Shown: piece by piece, positions 19,304 through 30,200 of the stretch
Layout: each line of letters opens with the position of its first letter
How positions within the stretch are numbered: position 1 is the first letter of the stretch
Assembly: GCA_949372645.1 (NCBI GenBank)
Contig: CASIAP010000008.1
Location: 22,623-86,622 of the forward strand
DNA length: 64,000 nucleotides
DNA from: Candidatus Poseidoniaceae archaeon
GTDB lineage: Archaea > Thermoplasmatota > Poseidoniia > Poseidoniales > Poseidoniaceae
Reading direction: 5' to 3'
Program-made: the position numbers and the translations under genes
The notes under the pieces: model-generated
The model's input: the letters and a program-made list of their open reading frames with translations, nothing else
Told to the model about the DNA's origin: nothing
Databases searched by the model: none

Positions 19304-19741
19304 TTGACCTATTGCTGCTCTGCTTGTGGCATGGAGACCTCGTGTGGCATCGTCTTGGTTAATTATGGGACTATTCTACTTCTCCAATATCCGCAAGGCC
19401 ACTGGGATTTTCCAAAGGGCCATGTTGAAGAAAGTGATGACGACCACTTTGCAACAGCTCGGCGTGAACTTGGAGAAGAGACCGGGATTGAAGAAATCGA
19501 ATTTATTCCCGGCTTTATCGAGCGGAGTGAATATTCATACTGGCACAAGGGCCGTAAACGGACGAAGCAAGTCTACTGGTATTTGGCTGAGACAGAACGT
19601 ATTACAGTCACGCTCTCACATGAACACCAAGGCCATATGTGGCTGGATTGGGAACAAGCAAATGAACAACTCACCCACAAGGAAACCAGAAGTATTCTAG
19701 CAAACGCTCATCGCCATATGGTTTCGCTCGGTAAGGAATGA
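19304..19741 (+). CDS. Nudix hydrolase (Ap4A-hydrolase-like)
   Basis: HWDFPKGHVEE....ARRELGEETGI Nudix box. 145 aa. Confidence 0.85.
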   Translation: MTYCCSACGMETSCGIVLVNYGTILLLQYPQGHWDFPKGHVEESDDDHFATARRELGEETGIEEIEFIPGFIERSEYSYWHKGRKRTKQVYWYLAETERITVTLSHEHQGHMWLDWEQANEQLTHKETRSILANAHRHMVSLGKE

Positions 19742-19742
19742 T

Positions 19743-20438
19743 TCAAAGTTGATCAAAATCTTCATCGCTTTGGTTTAGTTTTCGGATCAAAGCACCAACA
19801 CCACTTTCAGGTCCTCTTCGACCAAGAGGCATCCAAAGAGATTCATCATTGCCAAGGGCCAAACAAACCCATCTTCCGAACACAAAGAACCAATCTGAGA
19901 GTCGATTGATATACACAAGAACAAGTGGTCGGACAGCCCCATTGCCTTCAGATTGGGCTAAACGAAGAACTGTGCGTTCTAAGCGGCGAGTTACCGTTCG
20001 CGTAAGGTGGATTACTGCTTCAGGGCCTTGGCCAGAGGGGAGGATAAAACTGGTCAGAGGTTCGAGCTCTTCGAGCCATGCATCCATTTCATCAACCAAG
20101 ACTGAGGCTTGGGCCTCCTCCAAAACAACCATGCCTTGCGGTAGTTGTGATGGTGGGCACGCAAGTTCGGCTCCAAGATCAAAAAGTTCGTTCTGTATTC
20201 GAGGAAGAGCTTGCCCTGCGATCCGTTGAACTCTTTGAACAGTTGAACGATTGCCTCCATCCTCGTGTCTTGGGAGACGATCAATTTCCATAAGGCACAT
20301 TCCGAGAAGAGCGTTGAGTTCATCACATGTACCAACCGCTTCAAGGCGCGGGTCTGCTTTAGAGCGGCGTGACCCGTCAACCAGTGAGGTTTGCCCTTCA
20401 TCTCCTGTACCCGTATAGACTCGATTGATGCGTACCAT
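19743..20438 (-). CDS. ATP:cob(I)alamin adenosyltransferase, PduO/MMAB type
   Basis: The N-terminal RVYTGTGDEGQTSLVDGSRRSKADPRLEAVGTCDELN pattern is typical of PduO-type ATR. Confidence 0.85.
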   Translation of the reverse strand: MVRINRVYTGTGDEGQTSLVDGSRRSKADPRLEAVGTCDELNALLGMCLMEIDRLPRHEDGGNRSTVQRVQRIAGQALPRIQNELFDLGAELACPPSQLPQGMVVLEEAQASVLVDEMDAWLEELEPLTSFILPSGQGPEAVIHLTRTVTRRLERTVLRLAQSEGNGAVRPLVLVYINRLSDWFFVFGRWVCLALGNDESLWMPLGRRGPESGVGALIRKLNQSDEDFDQL

Positions 20439-20462
20439 GACTCTGCCTCAGGCAACCCCAAG

Positions 20463-20906
20463 TCATGCTTCTATGAGTGGTTTTCGGGCAAGAAAACTTG
20501 TATCGATTGGGTGGTACCATTCAATATCTTCTTCTCCAAAACTCCATGAATACAATGCAAGGTGCTGATCGACTACTCCATACCATTCTAATCGACCAGG
20601 TTCTAAGCAAGCGATGCGCGTCCCTGTCGCTTCAATTCTTGAAGTTACATTTTGCCAATGAGCCACAAGTTGAGCCAATTGTTCAGCAACCTCAACGACG
20701 TGTTCATTTTCTGCTTCAAGGGAATCGAGTAAGACTTCTAATTCTTCAGTAAGGTCGTGAGCCTCATCGCTCATCGCTTGAAGTTCGGCCAACCATCGAG
20801 TTACTTTCGGTAAGTTCTCTCTTGCATCTTCAATTGAAACTATTTGAGCACCTTTCGGGAGAGTGCGCAATGCCACATCTTCATCGGCTAATGAACAAAC
20901 ATCCAT
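20463..20906 (-). CDS. DUF2203-like protein
   Basis: A coiled-coil region is followed by GTRIACLEPGRLEWYGVVDQHLALYSWSFGEEDIEWYHPIDTSFLARKPL, which matches my memory of DUF2203. Start chosen at ATG 20906 (ATG 20996 is also possible). The longer ORF to 21128 would overlap the next gene. Confidence 0.5.
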   Translation of the reverse strand: MDVCSLADEDVALRTLPKGAQIVSIEDARENLPKVTRWLAELQAMSDEAHDLTEELEVLLDSLEAENEHVVEVAEQLAQLVAHWQNVTSRIEATGTRIACLEPGRLEWYGVVDQHLALYSWSFGEEDIEWYHPIDTSFLARKPLIEA

Positions 20907-21043
20907 TGGTCGTCCTGAAAAGAAGGGTGCATCTGACTGTTCTTTCACATGCGTTCCTTTACTTGAAGGACCTTCAAGTAATCGGAAGAGAATCATGATT
21001 TTAGGCGTTTTGCGGGGGTTTAGGAAAAATCGGTGCCAAGAAG

Positions 21044-21325
21044 TCAAGCAGACGGTAACGGCGACTGGTAGGTCGGAATAACCTTCTTGGCAAATCGCAT
21101 GAATACAACTGAGCCAATTCCCATCCACATCAATAATTCGAAGATCAAAACAGCATAGTACACAGGTCCTAATTCTTTGAGCAGCGCAACTGCATCATAC
21201 GGAACACCGTAGAATGCAATATATGCTGCTTGAGAGAGAAGGCTTGAGCAGAGCCAAACAACCACTGCCAAGCAAAAAAGATTGCCTCGTTTCCATTCTT
21301 GTTGTGTTTCAGATACTTTTCCCAT
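21044..21325 (-). CDS. Small hypothetical membrane protein (2-3 TM)
   Basis: 93-aa ORF with hydrophobic LFCLAVVVWLCSSLL and YYAVLIFELLMWMGIGSVVF. It fills an otherwise empty gap. Confidence 0.4.
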   Translation of the reverse strand: MGKVSETQQEWKRGNLFCLAVVVWLCSSLLSQAAYIAFYGVPYDAVALLKELGPVYYAVLIFELLMWMGIGSVVFMRFAKKVIPTYQSPLPSA

Positions 21326-21434
21326 GATACTATATTGTCTTTATAGCTCTTAAGTCCTTTGCCTTTATGTGTCGAAATACGCTGCGTATTACCGGAATAT
21401 TCCGAGTAAAGGGGTTTTTTTTCCGGAAAAGTCT

Positions 21435-22256
21435 TCATTCTTGTTCTGAGGCGTTGAGAGGTGGAAGACGGAGCGCACCCGAAGAATCGATTTGTTCGAG
21501 AGCTTCATGGATGGCTTGAATCCATTCAATTGCAACCGCTTCTTCACCACCCACTGCTAGGAGTGATTCAAACCATTCATCAGCGGTATGTTGATCTTCG
21601 ATGAACAAGTGAATCCTGTGGAGTGCGATATAAGCCATTGGATTCAAGTGTTCTTCATCAGCATCCCACCCTTTTTCAAAACACGCAATGGCTCCGTTAT
21701 CGCCATCGATTTGTCCGCGTTGTAATGCGACCATGCCCGCTTGGCTCCATGCAAGAGGTAAGCGGCCAATTAGGAGTCCGCGGAAGACAAGCCACGTCTG
21801 TCCCCCTCCAAGCATGACAAGTGATAGAAAACCTGCCCATTGCTCAAATTGGTTCAAACTACTCCATGTTTGAATCATTAATCCGCCGACACCAACACAG
21901 AATAAGAATCCAGAAAAAGGGGCAAGAAGGACTTCTCTTCGAGTACGGATTAAGTGATGAATTCCAGCAAGAAGACCAAATGAACCAAGACCGGTGAGTA
22001 TGATCAGATGACCTGTTATTGTGACCGGCGTTGGTGCCATTTGACCAACGGCAATCAGTGAGGTAAGGGTTAGGATAAACATGCCAAATCTTCGAGATGG
22101 GCGGGGGAAAGGTTGACTTTTCGAACCGATACATAACAACAGCCCGATGATTGCTTCAAACCCAATCAAAATCCATTGCCAAGTACTTGTTTCAAATGCT
22201 AGCATGGTCGCCCCTAATATGCTCGACAAAACGGCACTTTTTGACCCTTTGCTCAC
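21435..22256 (-). CDS. Hypothetical polytopic membrane protein with soluble helical C-terminal domain
   Basis: 273 aa with about 6 TM. The start overlaps the rlmH stop by 4 nt (operon). Confidence 0.5.
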   Translation of the reverse strand: MSKGSKSAVLSSILGATMLAFETSTWQWILIGFEAIIGLLLCIGSKSQPFPRPSRRFGMFILTLTSLIAVGQMAPTPVTITGHLIILTGLGSFGLLAGIHHLIRTRREVLLAPFSGFLFCVGVGGLMIQTWSSLNQFEQWAGFLSLVMLGGGQTWLVFRGLLIGRLPLAWSQAGMVALQRGQIDGDNGAIACFEKGWDADEEHLNPMAYIALHRIHLFIEDQHTADEWFESLLAVGGEEAVAIEWIQAIHEALEQIDSSGALRLPPLNASEQE

Positions 22257-22687
22257 GCCTTGTGGTAAGCGGTTCCTCGAAGAATCTCTGTGGCACGATA
22301 CAATTGCTCCACCAAAAGAACACTCGCAAGCTCATGAGGGTATGTCATTTTCGAAAGAGATAGTCGATGTCTCAGCGTTGGTATGTTGGTGGAAGGCCAT
22401 CCTTGTGCCGGTCCAATCGCAAGATGGGTTTCATCTCCTGCAATCTTCCATTCTTGAACGCGGCTTGAAAACTCAAGAGAGTCAAGGATTTCACCGCCTT
22501 CATCCAAATAAATGACAGTTCCTTTTCTTTTTTGAAGAGTGTTTGTATATGCTTCAGCGGTCAATTTATCAGAATGGTATTCAATGCGAATTCCGCGTGA
22601 GGCAATGCGTTTGGAATACATTTCAATGAGTTCACGGTTTGCTTTCTCCTTTGGAACGCCATGAAGATGAACCGTAACTCTTGCCAT
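22253..22687 (-). CDS. rlmH: 23S rRNA (pseudouridine-N3)-methyltransferase RlmH (SPOUT)
   Basis: The C-terminal LSLSKMTYPHELASVLLVEQLYRATEILRGTAYHK is typical of RlmH. Start chosen at ATG 22687 (ORF open to 22738). Confidence 0.8.
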   Translation of the reverse strand: MARVTVHLHGVPKEKANRELIEMYSKRIASRGIRIEYHSDKLTAEAYTNTLQKRKGTVIYLDEGGEILDSLEFSSRVQEWKIAGDETHLAIGPAQGWPSTNIPTLRHRLSLSKMTYPHELASVLLVEQLYRATEILRGTAYHKA

Positions 22688-22771
22688 GGTTTTGCCAAGA
22701 CACTCCTCTTGATGAAGCCCCCATACGCTTCTGTCCAAAATGTCATAGGGAAGGGGCGCTGATTCAAGAAC

Positions 22772-23107
22772 ATGGGTTGGTGGCCGTTTGGACGAGGTGG
22801 GAAAATCGACCGTGCCCCTATGAATGACCCTTTACTGAAGGATAACCGGATTTTAATCTCTGAATTAAGAGATGTATGCGAATTAAATTTCGATAATCCA
22901 GAGGAAGCTCGGAGACAAATTCGAAGGATGCAGGTCGAATGGAGTGATGCGACTCGCGACGGGATGTTGAGTGATATCAATCGAAGTGGATTAGATGCCC
23001 GTGCTTTTCGTTTACTTACTTGCGAGGATACCGATTGGGTGATTTGGCTTGATAATCTTGAATTTTGGAAGCCGGGTTGGAAGCCTGAATCTGATGACGA
23101 GGATTGA
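22772..23107 (+). CDS. Hypothetical Trp-rich small protein
   Basis: 111-aa ORF in the gap between rlmH and the Grx2-like gene. No family recognised. Confidence 0.35.
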   Translation: MGWWPFGRGGKIDRAPMNDPLLKDNRILISELRDVCELNFDNPEEARRQIRRMQVEWSDATRDGMLSDINRSGLDARAFRLLTCEDTDWVIWLDNLEFWKPGWKPESDDED

Positions 23108-23133
23108 AAAAGGAGCGGCTCTCCCATCTTGTC

Positions 23134-23826
23134 ATGGGTCAAACGCCTACCCTCCATGTGCTCTACACCTGCCCTTTTTGTTGGAAGGTGCGAGGGTTAA
23201 TTGAACACCTCAAACTTGATGTTGATTATGTGAGTGTCAATGGAATGAGAATCAAAAAAGAAGTCGGCTTTGCTGGTGACTGGGGCAAAGTGCCCGTATT
23301 TACTGATGAAAAGGGTGAATACCATGTCGATTCAACCCCTCTTCTCAAGCATATTGATTTGACTTACAACGACGGGAAACTTGCTGCGATTGGTGATTCA
23401 GAGCGTCAACAAAAATGGCTTCAATGGTCGGACACAAAAATGTCTAAAGCAACCATTCCAATCCTCTATGGCAGTATAGGTTCAGCTTTGAAAACGACAT
23501 TAAAGATTTCAAAAATTGAGAAATTCGGTTTCTTTTCAAAGAGATTGTACGCGTGGGCTGGATTCCCCATCATGTGGGGCATCATTGCTCGAAAGAGGGT
23601 CAAGAACGATGGTCGCAAACCAAAGCAGCTCTGGCATGACCTGTTAACTGAATTTACTGATGCTCATGATGCTGAGCTCTACTTTGGCGGAAAGAGTCCT
23701 GATTTAGTTGACTTTTCGGTATTTGGCTATATGCGCTCTGTTTCTCCATTCCCTCAATTCTCATTGCTTGAAGACCATACCAAAGGAATGGCATGGTATC
23801 GGCGAATGGAAACAACCATACAATGA
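23134..23826 (+). CDS. Glutaredoxin-2 / GST-like (prostaglandin-E-synthase-2-like) thiol transferase
   Basis: CPFC active site (LYTCPFCWKV) in a thioredoxin-fold N-domain, followed by a helical GST-C-like domain. ATG 23134 (ORF open from 23104). Confidence 0.55.
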   Translation: MGQTPTLHVLYTCPFCWKVRGLIEHLKLDVDYVSVNGMRIKKEVGFAGDWGKVPVFTDEKGEYHVDSTPLLKHIDLTYNDGKLAAIGDSERQQKWLQWSDTKMSKATIPILYGSIGSALKTTLKISKIEKFGFFSKRLYAWAGFPIMWGIIARKRVKNDGRKPKQLWHDLLTEFTDAHDAELYFGGKSPDLVDFSVFGYMRSVSPFPQFSLLEDHTKGMAWYRRMETTIQ

Positions 23827-23831
23827 GGTGA
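23825..23831 (+). promoter_or_regulatory. Shine-Dalgarno-like GAGGTGA, 4 nt upstream of TTG start 23836
   Basis: Read directly from aatGAGGTGAgaagTTG. It supports the non-ATG start of the next ORF. Confidence 0.5.
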
Positions 23832-23835
23832 GAAG

Positions 23836-24684
23836 TTGTCAATTCAATACCGAGATATTGAATTCAGCCCCATCCAATCAGGGAGTGTGTTCCTTGGAAC
23901 TGAAAAGGGTGGGTGGATGTATAGTAGTCAACGACCTCGGCATGAAGTTCAATGCCCTGAGTTCTATGTGATGAAATCTGTTTTGTCACAGCGTCAGCTG
24001 CAAGGACTGCTCGAACTCAGCGAAACTCAAGTCATGCTCAGTGGAGATCGGCTCGAACAGATTTGCACGGAGTTATCCAAAGGCTTCAATCCGGATGAAC
24101 ATGGACTCGATTCGGATAAAACCTGGGAGATACGTTGTCCGAGTGAAGGTGAATGGCGGCATGCTCATGAGCAGATTCAATTCGAATTAATGGCGAAAAA
24201 AATCGAGATATTAGCCGATGGAGTCTCTGATAATTATCGTGGCGCAATGATGGATGGGCGTCCCCGGGATTTTACTGGAATCGGGCCGATGGCGAAACAT
24301 CGAACCGCTATTGAAGTCCATCCCAATCAAGAAGGTGTTACTGCGCTTTCAAGTGCGCCAATGGACCGGGAGTTAAACGAAATAGTGGCTCGACTGGTCA
24401 TCACCCCAGTACGTGAAGGTGAAGCGGTTTGCGTACCACTCAATGCGGATTTTTCTGCAAATATCCGTGGCGAAATATTCTGGACTTTTCTCCTTGGTGT
24501 TGTCCCTTCCTTTGCAATTCCAATCGCCAGAGGCATGGGGGGTTATGTGACTACTGGCTGGGCTAACTTGTTGTTTGGAGGGTTATGTGCAGGTTTTGTC
24601 TCAGGTGCCTTTTGGCGGCCGCGAAGACCAACCGTTCTTTTCGATGAAAGAAAGGACTCAGTCATCACTGTCCGGAGTGACTAA
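23836..24684 (+). CDS. Degenerate FGE/SUMF1-like domain protein with C-terminal TM helices
   Basis: SGSVFLGTE...RPRHEVQCPEFYVMKSVLSQRQ and CPSEGEWRHA resemble the FGE-sulfatase family patterns (MG...P.H.V....F.i....VT; PTEAEWEYA). Two hydrophobic helices lie near the C-terminus. Confidence 0.4.
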   Translation: MSIQYRDIEFSPIQSGSVFLGTEKGGWMYSSQRPRHEVQCPEFYVMKSVLSQRQLQGLLELSETQVMLSGDRLEQICTELSKGFNPDEHGLDSDKTWEIRCPSEGEWRHAHEQIQFELMAKKIEILADGVSDNYRGAMMDGRPRDFTGIGPMAKHRTAIEVHPNQEGVTALSSAPMDRELNEIVARLVITPVREGEAVCVPLNADFSANIRGEIFWTFLLGVVPSFAIPIARGMGGYVTTGWANLLFGGLCAGFVSGAFWRPRRPTVLFDERKDSVITVRSD

Positions 24685-26979
24685 AGTTTCCCAATATGAA
24701 TCTTGACGAATCGCGTCTGCGGCACAAATTGCTGCCATATTGACGATGTGACGGACGCCGTCTTGGCGTGCAACCAGTTGGACGGGTTTGTCCATCCCCT
24801 CAAGGATTGGACCAGTCATCTCCGCATCACCAAGTTCCTCGAGCAATTTGTAGGCAATATTAGCAGCGGCGAGATTCGGCAACACCAGGACATTGGCTGG
24901 GCCTTTGAAATCCATAAATGGGTATTCACTTTGGACTGCACTATTGAGCGCAGTATCTGCTTGCATGGGCCCATCGATAACCAGTGAAGGATCAAGTTCA
25001 CGAGCAAATTCGATTGCGTCTTCAATACGTTCTGAGCGTTGAGCTCGACTTGAACCAAAATTGGAAAAGGACAGCATTGCAACTCTCGGAGCGATTCCAA
25101 AGCGTCGGGCGACTTTGGCGGTTTGAACAGCAATCTCAGCAAGGGTTCGGCTATCAGGATAGACATTCACTGTTGCATCTGCCAAGAAAATGGTTCGGCC
25201 TTTGACGTTCATCATGTAGCAACCGACGACACAATGTGCTTTTTCATCAGCCCCAATGAGTTCAAGAGTCGGGCGAAGAACATCGTCATAATTTCGGCTA
25301 ACGCCACCAACAAAGCCATCTGCATCTCCATTGATTACCATTTGACTGGCGAAATATGGGCGTGATTTGAGTAGGCGGTGGGCGTCAGCATATGTCATGC
25401 CCTTTCTACCGCGTGTGTTCATCATAGTTTCGGCAAAAATACCTTTGCGGCGTTTATCATTACGAGGGTCGAAGACTTCGTATTCGAAGTGTAATCCGAG
25501 TTCTTCAATCATGGTTTCAATACGTTCTATGGGCCCCAATAGAATTGGATAGCAGATCTTTTGATCGACTAATTGGGCCGCTGCCCGCAAAACTTTCTCA
25601 TTATCTCCCTCAGGGAAAACAATTCGCTTTCCTCTTCCACGAACTTGATTGATAACATGCCGCATTATGGAATAGGATAGTCCGAGTCGAGCTTCCAGTT
25701 CTTCACGATAATCAACAATTGAAAAATCTTCGGGTTTAACGGCTGCTACGCCCTCTTTGACTGCGGCTTGAGCGACTGCTGATGCCTCCCAAATCAGAAC
25801 CCTGCGATCGAACGGTTTGGGGATGATGTAATCGGGGCCGTATTGCATGGTAGCACCATCGTAAGCAGCTGAAATATAATCGGGAACCGGTTCTTTAGCT
25901 AGTTCTGCAAGTGCATACGTCGCAGCCATCTTCATACCTTGAGTAATGTCTCGAGCTCGGACATCAAGAGCACCGCGGAAGATGTAAGGGAAACCGAGAA
26001 CGTTGTTGACTTGATTTGAATAATCTGAACGGCCTGTTGCGATTATGGCGTCAGTACGAACTTCTAGGATTTTTTCTGGAGAGATTTCAGGTGTGGGATT
26101 GGCCAGTGCGAAAATAATTGGTTTATCGGCCATTGTAGCGACCATCTCTTTACTGACAAGACCGCCTCGAGAAAGGCCGAGCATGACATCAGCACCTTGC
26201 AAAGCATCGGCTAAATCTCCTGCTTCACGGTCATGGGCAAACGGTGCTTTGTATTCATTTAATTCTCCAGCTTCAAGGCGGGCTTTGGTGACGATACCTT
26301 TGCTGTCAACCATTGAAATATTTTCACGGGTTACGCCAATGGCGACATAGTGGTTCGCACAGGCTATAGCGCTGGCACCCGCTCCGATGACGACGACTTT
26401 GATAGTTTCAAGACTTTTTTCTTGTAATTCAACAGCATTCAACAAAGCTGCTGCGGATATAATCGCTGTACCATGCTGATCATCGTGCATGACGGGTATG
26501 TCGGTTGCCTCCGCAATACGGCGTTCAATTTCAAAACATTCTGGAGCTTTGATATCTTCAAGATTAATGCCTCCAAAAGTCTTCGAAATATTCACAACTG
26601 TTTCGATAAAGGATTCTGGATCTTCTGTATCTACTTCGATATCAAAGACATCGATATCTGCAAAGGTTTTGAGCAAGAGCCCTTTTCCTTCCATCACCGG
26701 TTTACTGGCTAATGCGCCGATGTTCCCAAGCCCAAGTACTGCGGTTCCGTTTGAAATCACAGCAACCAAATTTCCTTTCGAAGTATACCGGTAGGCGTCT
26801 TCAGGGCGTTCTGCGATATCCAGGCAGGGGTAGGCAACACCAGGTGAATAAGCAAGGCTCAGTTCATGAGCGGTAGAGTGGGGTTTCGTTGGTACAACCT
26901 TGATTTTACCACGTGGTTCTGCTTCGTGGTATTCCAGCGCCTCTTTCCGAAGTAAGCGCTCCTTTTTATCAAGATTCAT
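24658..26979 (-). CDS. maeB: NADP-dependent malic enzyme with C-terminal phosphotransacetylase-like domain
   Basis: GTAVLGLGNIGALASKPVMEGKGLLLK and the Rossmann VVIGAGASAIA. The 773-aa length and PTA-like C-half are typical of MaeB. Confidence 0.95.
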   Translation of the reverse strand: MNLDKKERLLRKEALEYHEAEPRGKIKVVPTKPHSTAHELSLAYSPGVAYPCLDIAERPEDAYRYTSKGNLVAVISNGTAVLGLGNIGALASKPVMEGKGLLLKTFADIDVFDIEVDTEDPESFIETVVNISKTFGGINLEDIKAPECFEIERRIAEATDIPVMHDDQHGTAIISAAALLNAVELQEKSLETIKVVVIGAGASAIACANHYVAIGVTRENISMVDSKGIVTKARLEAGELNEYKAPFAHDREAGDLADALQGADVMLGLSRGGLVSKEMVATMADKPIIFALANPTPEISPEKILEVRTDAIIATGRSDYSNQVNNVLGFPYIFRGALDVRARDITQGMKMAATYALAELAKEPVPDYISAAYDGATMQYGPDYIIPKPFDRRVLIWEASAVAQAAVKEGVAAVKPEDFSIVDYREELEARLGLSYSIMRHVINQVRGRGKRIVFPEGDNEKVLRAAAQLVDQKICYPILLGPIERIETMIEELGLHFEYEVFDPRNDKRRKGIFAETMMNTRGRKGMTYADAHRLLKSRPYFASQMVINGDADGFVGGVSRNYDDVLRPTLELIGADEKAHCVVGCYMMNVKGRTIFLADATVNVYPDSRTLAEIAVQTAKVARRFGIAPRVAMLSFSNFGSSRAQRSERIEDAIEFARELDPSLVIDGPMQADTALNSAVQSEYPFMDFKGPANVLVLPNLAAANIAYKLLEELGDAEMTGPILEGMDKPVQLVARQDGVRHIVNMAAICAADAIRQDSYWETLVTPDSDD

Positions 26980-27214
26980 AGTAGGACCTTTTCCAACGAA
27001 GCAGGTCTTAGGTTTGAGTCTTGCGTGAAGGCGGTGGGTAGTGGAGTCTATCTGCTTACTCGAACTTGAATTTCGAGGGATGTTTTCTATTCAGAAGAAG
27101 AAGGGTGAAGAGGGGTAATAGAATTGCCATACTGCCAAAAAAGGAAGATTTCATGATACTTTTCCGCACGACCGAGGGGCGCGTTCAAATACCCTAAAAC
27201 TCCGATTGGAACTG

Positions 27215-30200
27215 ATGAACATGAAGGCGAACACTGTGGCCCTGCCCCGCGACTCGCAAAGAGCACTTCTCTTAGTCGCCTTAATGCTGCTTTCATCGGC
27301 TGCACCTTTGCTCACGATCTCTGGCGTTTCTGCTCATGAAACCTCCATTTCTACTGTTTGGCCTCAAGAAGGCAGCAACGATACTGGGTGGGTTCAACTC
27401 GATGCGGTTGGAGCGAATCCAACTACGGGTGGGCAAGCAAGTGCTTCATGGACGTTAGAGTTCGCCCCAGGTGCAGACTTGTCCAACGTTTCCTTCCAAG
27501 TCCGAGTCAATGGAAGTGATGGTTTGATGATTGAAGAGCCCATGCTTGTCGCGAGTGATATTGGCGTCAATTTGCTCGACTGGCGAGGGCTCGGGATGTT
27601 TGGCTCCCAAGACAGTTTCACCGGCCCAAACCCTTACTCTGGGCGCCTAAATTCGAACAGCGATTCAGGTGCGACCTGGACGCTTCCATCCGATGCTGAA
27701 ATTACAGAATTAGTCATTGAAGCGCTCTCACCAGTCGACCCTATGGTGGCACTCGCTCCATTGGAACTCGTGATTACCGCATCAGCCATTCATCCTGATG
27801 ATGGTCGCATGTATCTTGCAATCGATGATGCTCTTTTAGCATTGGATTATTCAAACGATCCTCTTGTGATCGATGTGATTGAATTTGATTCTCCTCTTCA
27901 CGATTTAGAAATAGACACGACTAATAATCTACTTCATGTTCTTACAGAAAATGTCTTTCATGCCTTTTCTCTTGATGACACGAGTGAACAAACGCCTCTC
28001 TCTTGGCCGGCGCAAGCACCCTATGACAAATTCATGATTGCCTCCAATGGGAATGTCTACGCCGCCAATCAAAACGGTATAGCCCAATGGGACGGCGTAA
28101 GTTGGTCGTTCCCAATGTCCAAAACAACACAAGGCGCAGCATTGGACATGCTTGAAGTCAACAATATTCTCTACATTTCTTTTGATGATGAGGGCGTTGT
28201 ACGCTGGGACCTCGGTTCTGGCAGTGCATTATCGACTTGGTCGACAGCCAACAGCCTTCACTCAGATGAAATTACAGAAATGATCATTTCTGGAAACCAG
28301 TTACTTCTTGCTTCACCGTCCAAAGGGTTAGCACGATATGATTGGAGTTCAGGATTTTGGCTCTCAACTTGGAACGATGGCAATTGGTTAACGAGTAATG
28401 CCATCAATGGAATGGCGCGCTCTGGCTCTGATTTATTCATTCTAAGCGGCGATACTCTTCATGAATACGATACGACTGTCGGTGTATTTTCAAGTACACA
28501 AACAATTTCTACGTTTGGATTAACTGGAGATGGCCAAGATCTCATCGTATGGCCTACGATTGGCTCACGTGCACCAGTAAACGAGACCTTGTTGCTTGGA
28601 AACGGGTTTGGCTCGTTTGCTGAATTAAGTCCCGGCTCAACACCACTTCAAACCGGAACAGTGCTGATTGGAAGTGGTCCAACTTCTTCCAGTATGCAAG
28701 ACGCTACTGAATTGAATGGTGTTGTATTTATTGCCGCCGACCAGTGGATGAACCGCTTCGATACCCAAGCATCTCGCTGGCTCCAACCAGTCTATCTTGG
28801 TACGACGGTCAATCATTTGATGAACGATGGATCGCATGTATTCATCGCTTCAGAAAGTGGAATGCATCAAATGCACAACAACGGCACTCTTCTGCAAACA
28901 TGGGATAGTTCGAACACGGATTTGACTGATGATGAAATTATTCGAGTTGATTCCGATGGTTTAACAGCCGTTGGAATTACCGGTCAAGGCCAAATGGTCT
29001 TGATTGACTTGAGTGGAGCGAATACTGCTGTTGCACCTCAATATGATGCTGCTGCTGTAGACCTTGCATTGTTTAGCAATACGGTGCATTTGGCAACTGA
29101 TGGCGAGGGTGTTCTTCGCTATGACCTGTCCAACAGTTCATGGCTAACTCCGTGGATTTCTACCGGCGTAAACGGTGCCAATAATGTGCCTGTAGCCGTT
29201 ACTGGAGACATACTTTACTTTGGAATCCCCGGATACGGTGTCGCTCGCAAAGACCTCTCCACAGGTGAATTATTGGTCCCATTGATCGAGACTGGGAATA
29301 ACGGTCAAGGCTCATCAACTGAAGTGCTTCCTAACGATAATATCTATGCGTTGGAAGCTGATGGAAACAATCTCTACATTGGAACAAGTGGAGGAGCAAT
29401 CGAGTGGGATGGGTCAAGTTCTACATCATTCCAAACCGGCAGTTCCTGGGACACTCGCCCACAACAATACTTTGATTTCGCTGTGTCAGGAGGCACTGTT
29501 TACGCTGCAACAAATATTGGAGTCTGTGCATGGTCTACAAGTCAAATTTCTTCTACAAACCCCGATTGCCTGAATGTCTTTGATGGCATGCCAAACTGGG
29601 CCACTTACTCTGTTGAAGCCGACGGGTATGGCTACATCTTTGGAGGCACGACCTCCGGAGTTGGAATCATTACTGCATCTCCTTACGAAGTCATAGGTGA
29701 CTGGGAAGCGGGCGAGCAAACTCAGAATGCACCTGTTGAAGTCATTGACGATATTGCCTACATCGGCCTCAACGGCATTGGTGTAGCTCGCTATGACATA
29801 CCCAATAATGCGTGGCTTACTTTGTGGACCGAAGACAATGTGTTGGATGGCGGAAACGAAGAAGTGACTGGATTAATTGCGGATGTCACCCCCGGTCAAA
29901 TTTGGATTTCAGGGGATGATGGTTTTCAACTCCTCAACACCACAACAGGGGCTGAAGTCTACGATATTGAATCGGGTTCAAGCCTCTTTGGCGACGGTGC
30001 AGGTACAACCGGTCCTGCATACGACCTCATTGTTGATAACGGAATTATGTATTACCATACAGGAGAGGCTGATGTGTACCGCCTAGACATTGTGAACTAC
30101 AGCAGGCTCAGTTACCTCGAAGCAGGTGCGCAAGTGGATGAAAACAACGGCGACGCCTTTGGCATGAATCTTGTCGATGGTAAAATCATGGTGAGTATTG

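Noticed and set aside
21338-21346. TATA-like CTATAAAGA (minus strand) upstream of the 93-aa membrane ORF
   Set aside because: It lies only about 14-20 nt from the ATG. That is too close for the usual -26/-27 TATA-to-TSS spacing, even for a leaderless transcript.
22561-23157. 198-aa minus-strand ORF
   Set aside because: It overlaps the well-supported rlmH by about 130-180 nt and the whole plus-strand 111-aa ORF. It has no recognisable features.
27059-27077. Hairpin CTCGAA-CTTGAAT-TTCGAG resembling a tRNA T-arm, in the 226-nt maeB/giant-gene spacer
   Set aside because: No complementary acceptor stem (AACATCC) or anticodon arm can be built around it on either strand. It is probably just a small promoter-region hairpin.
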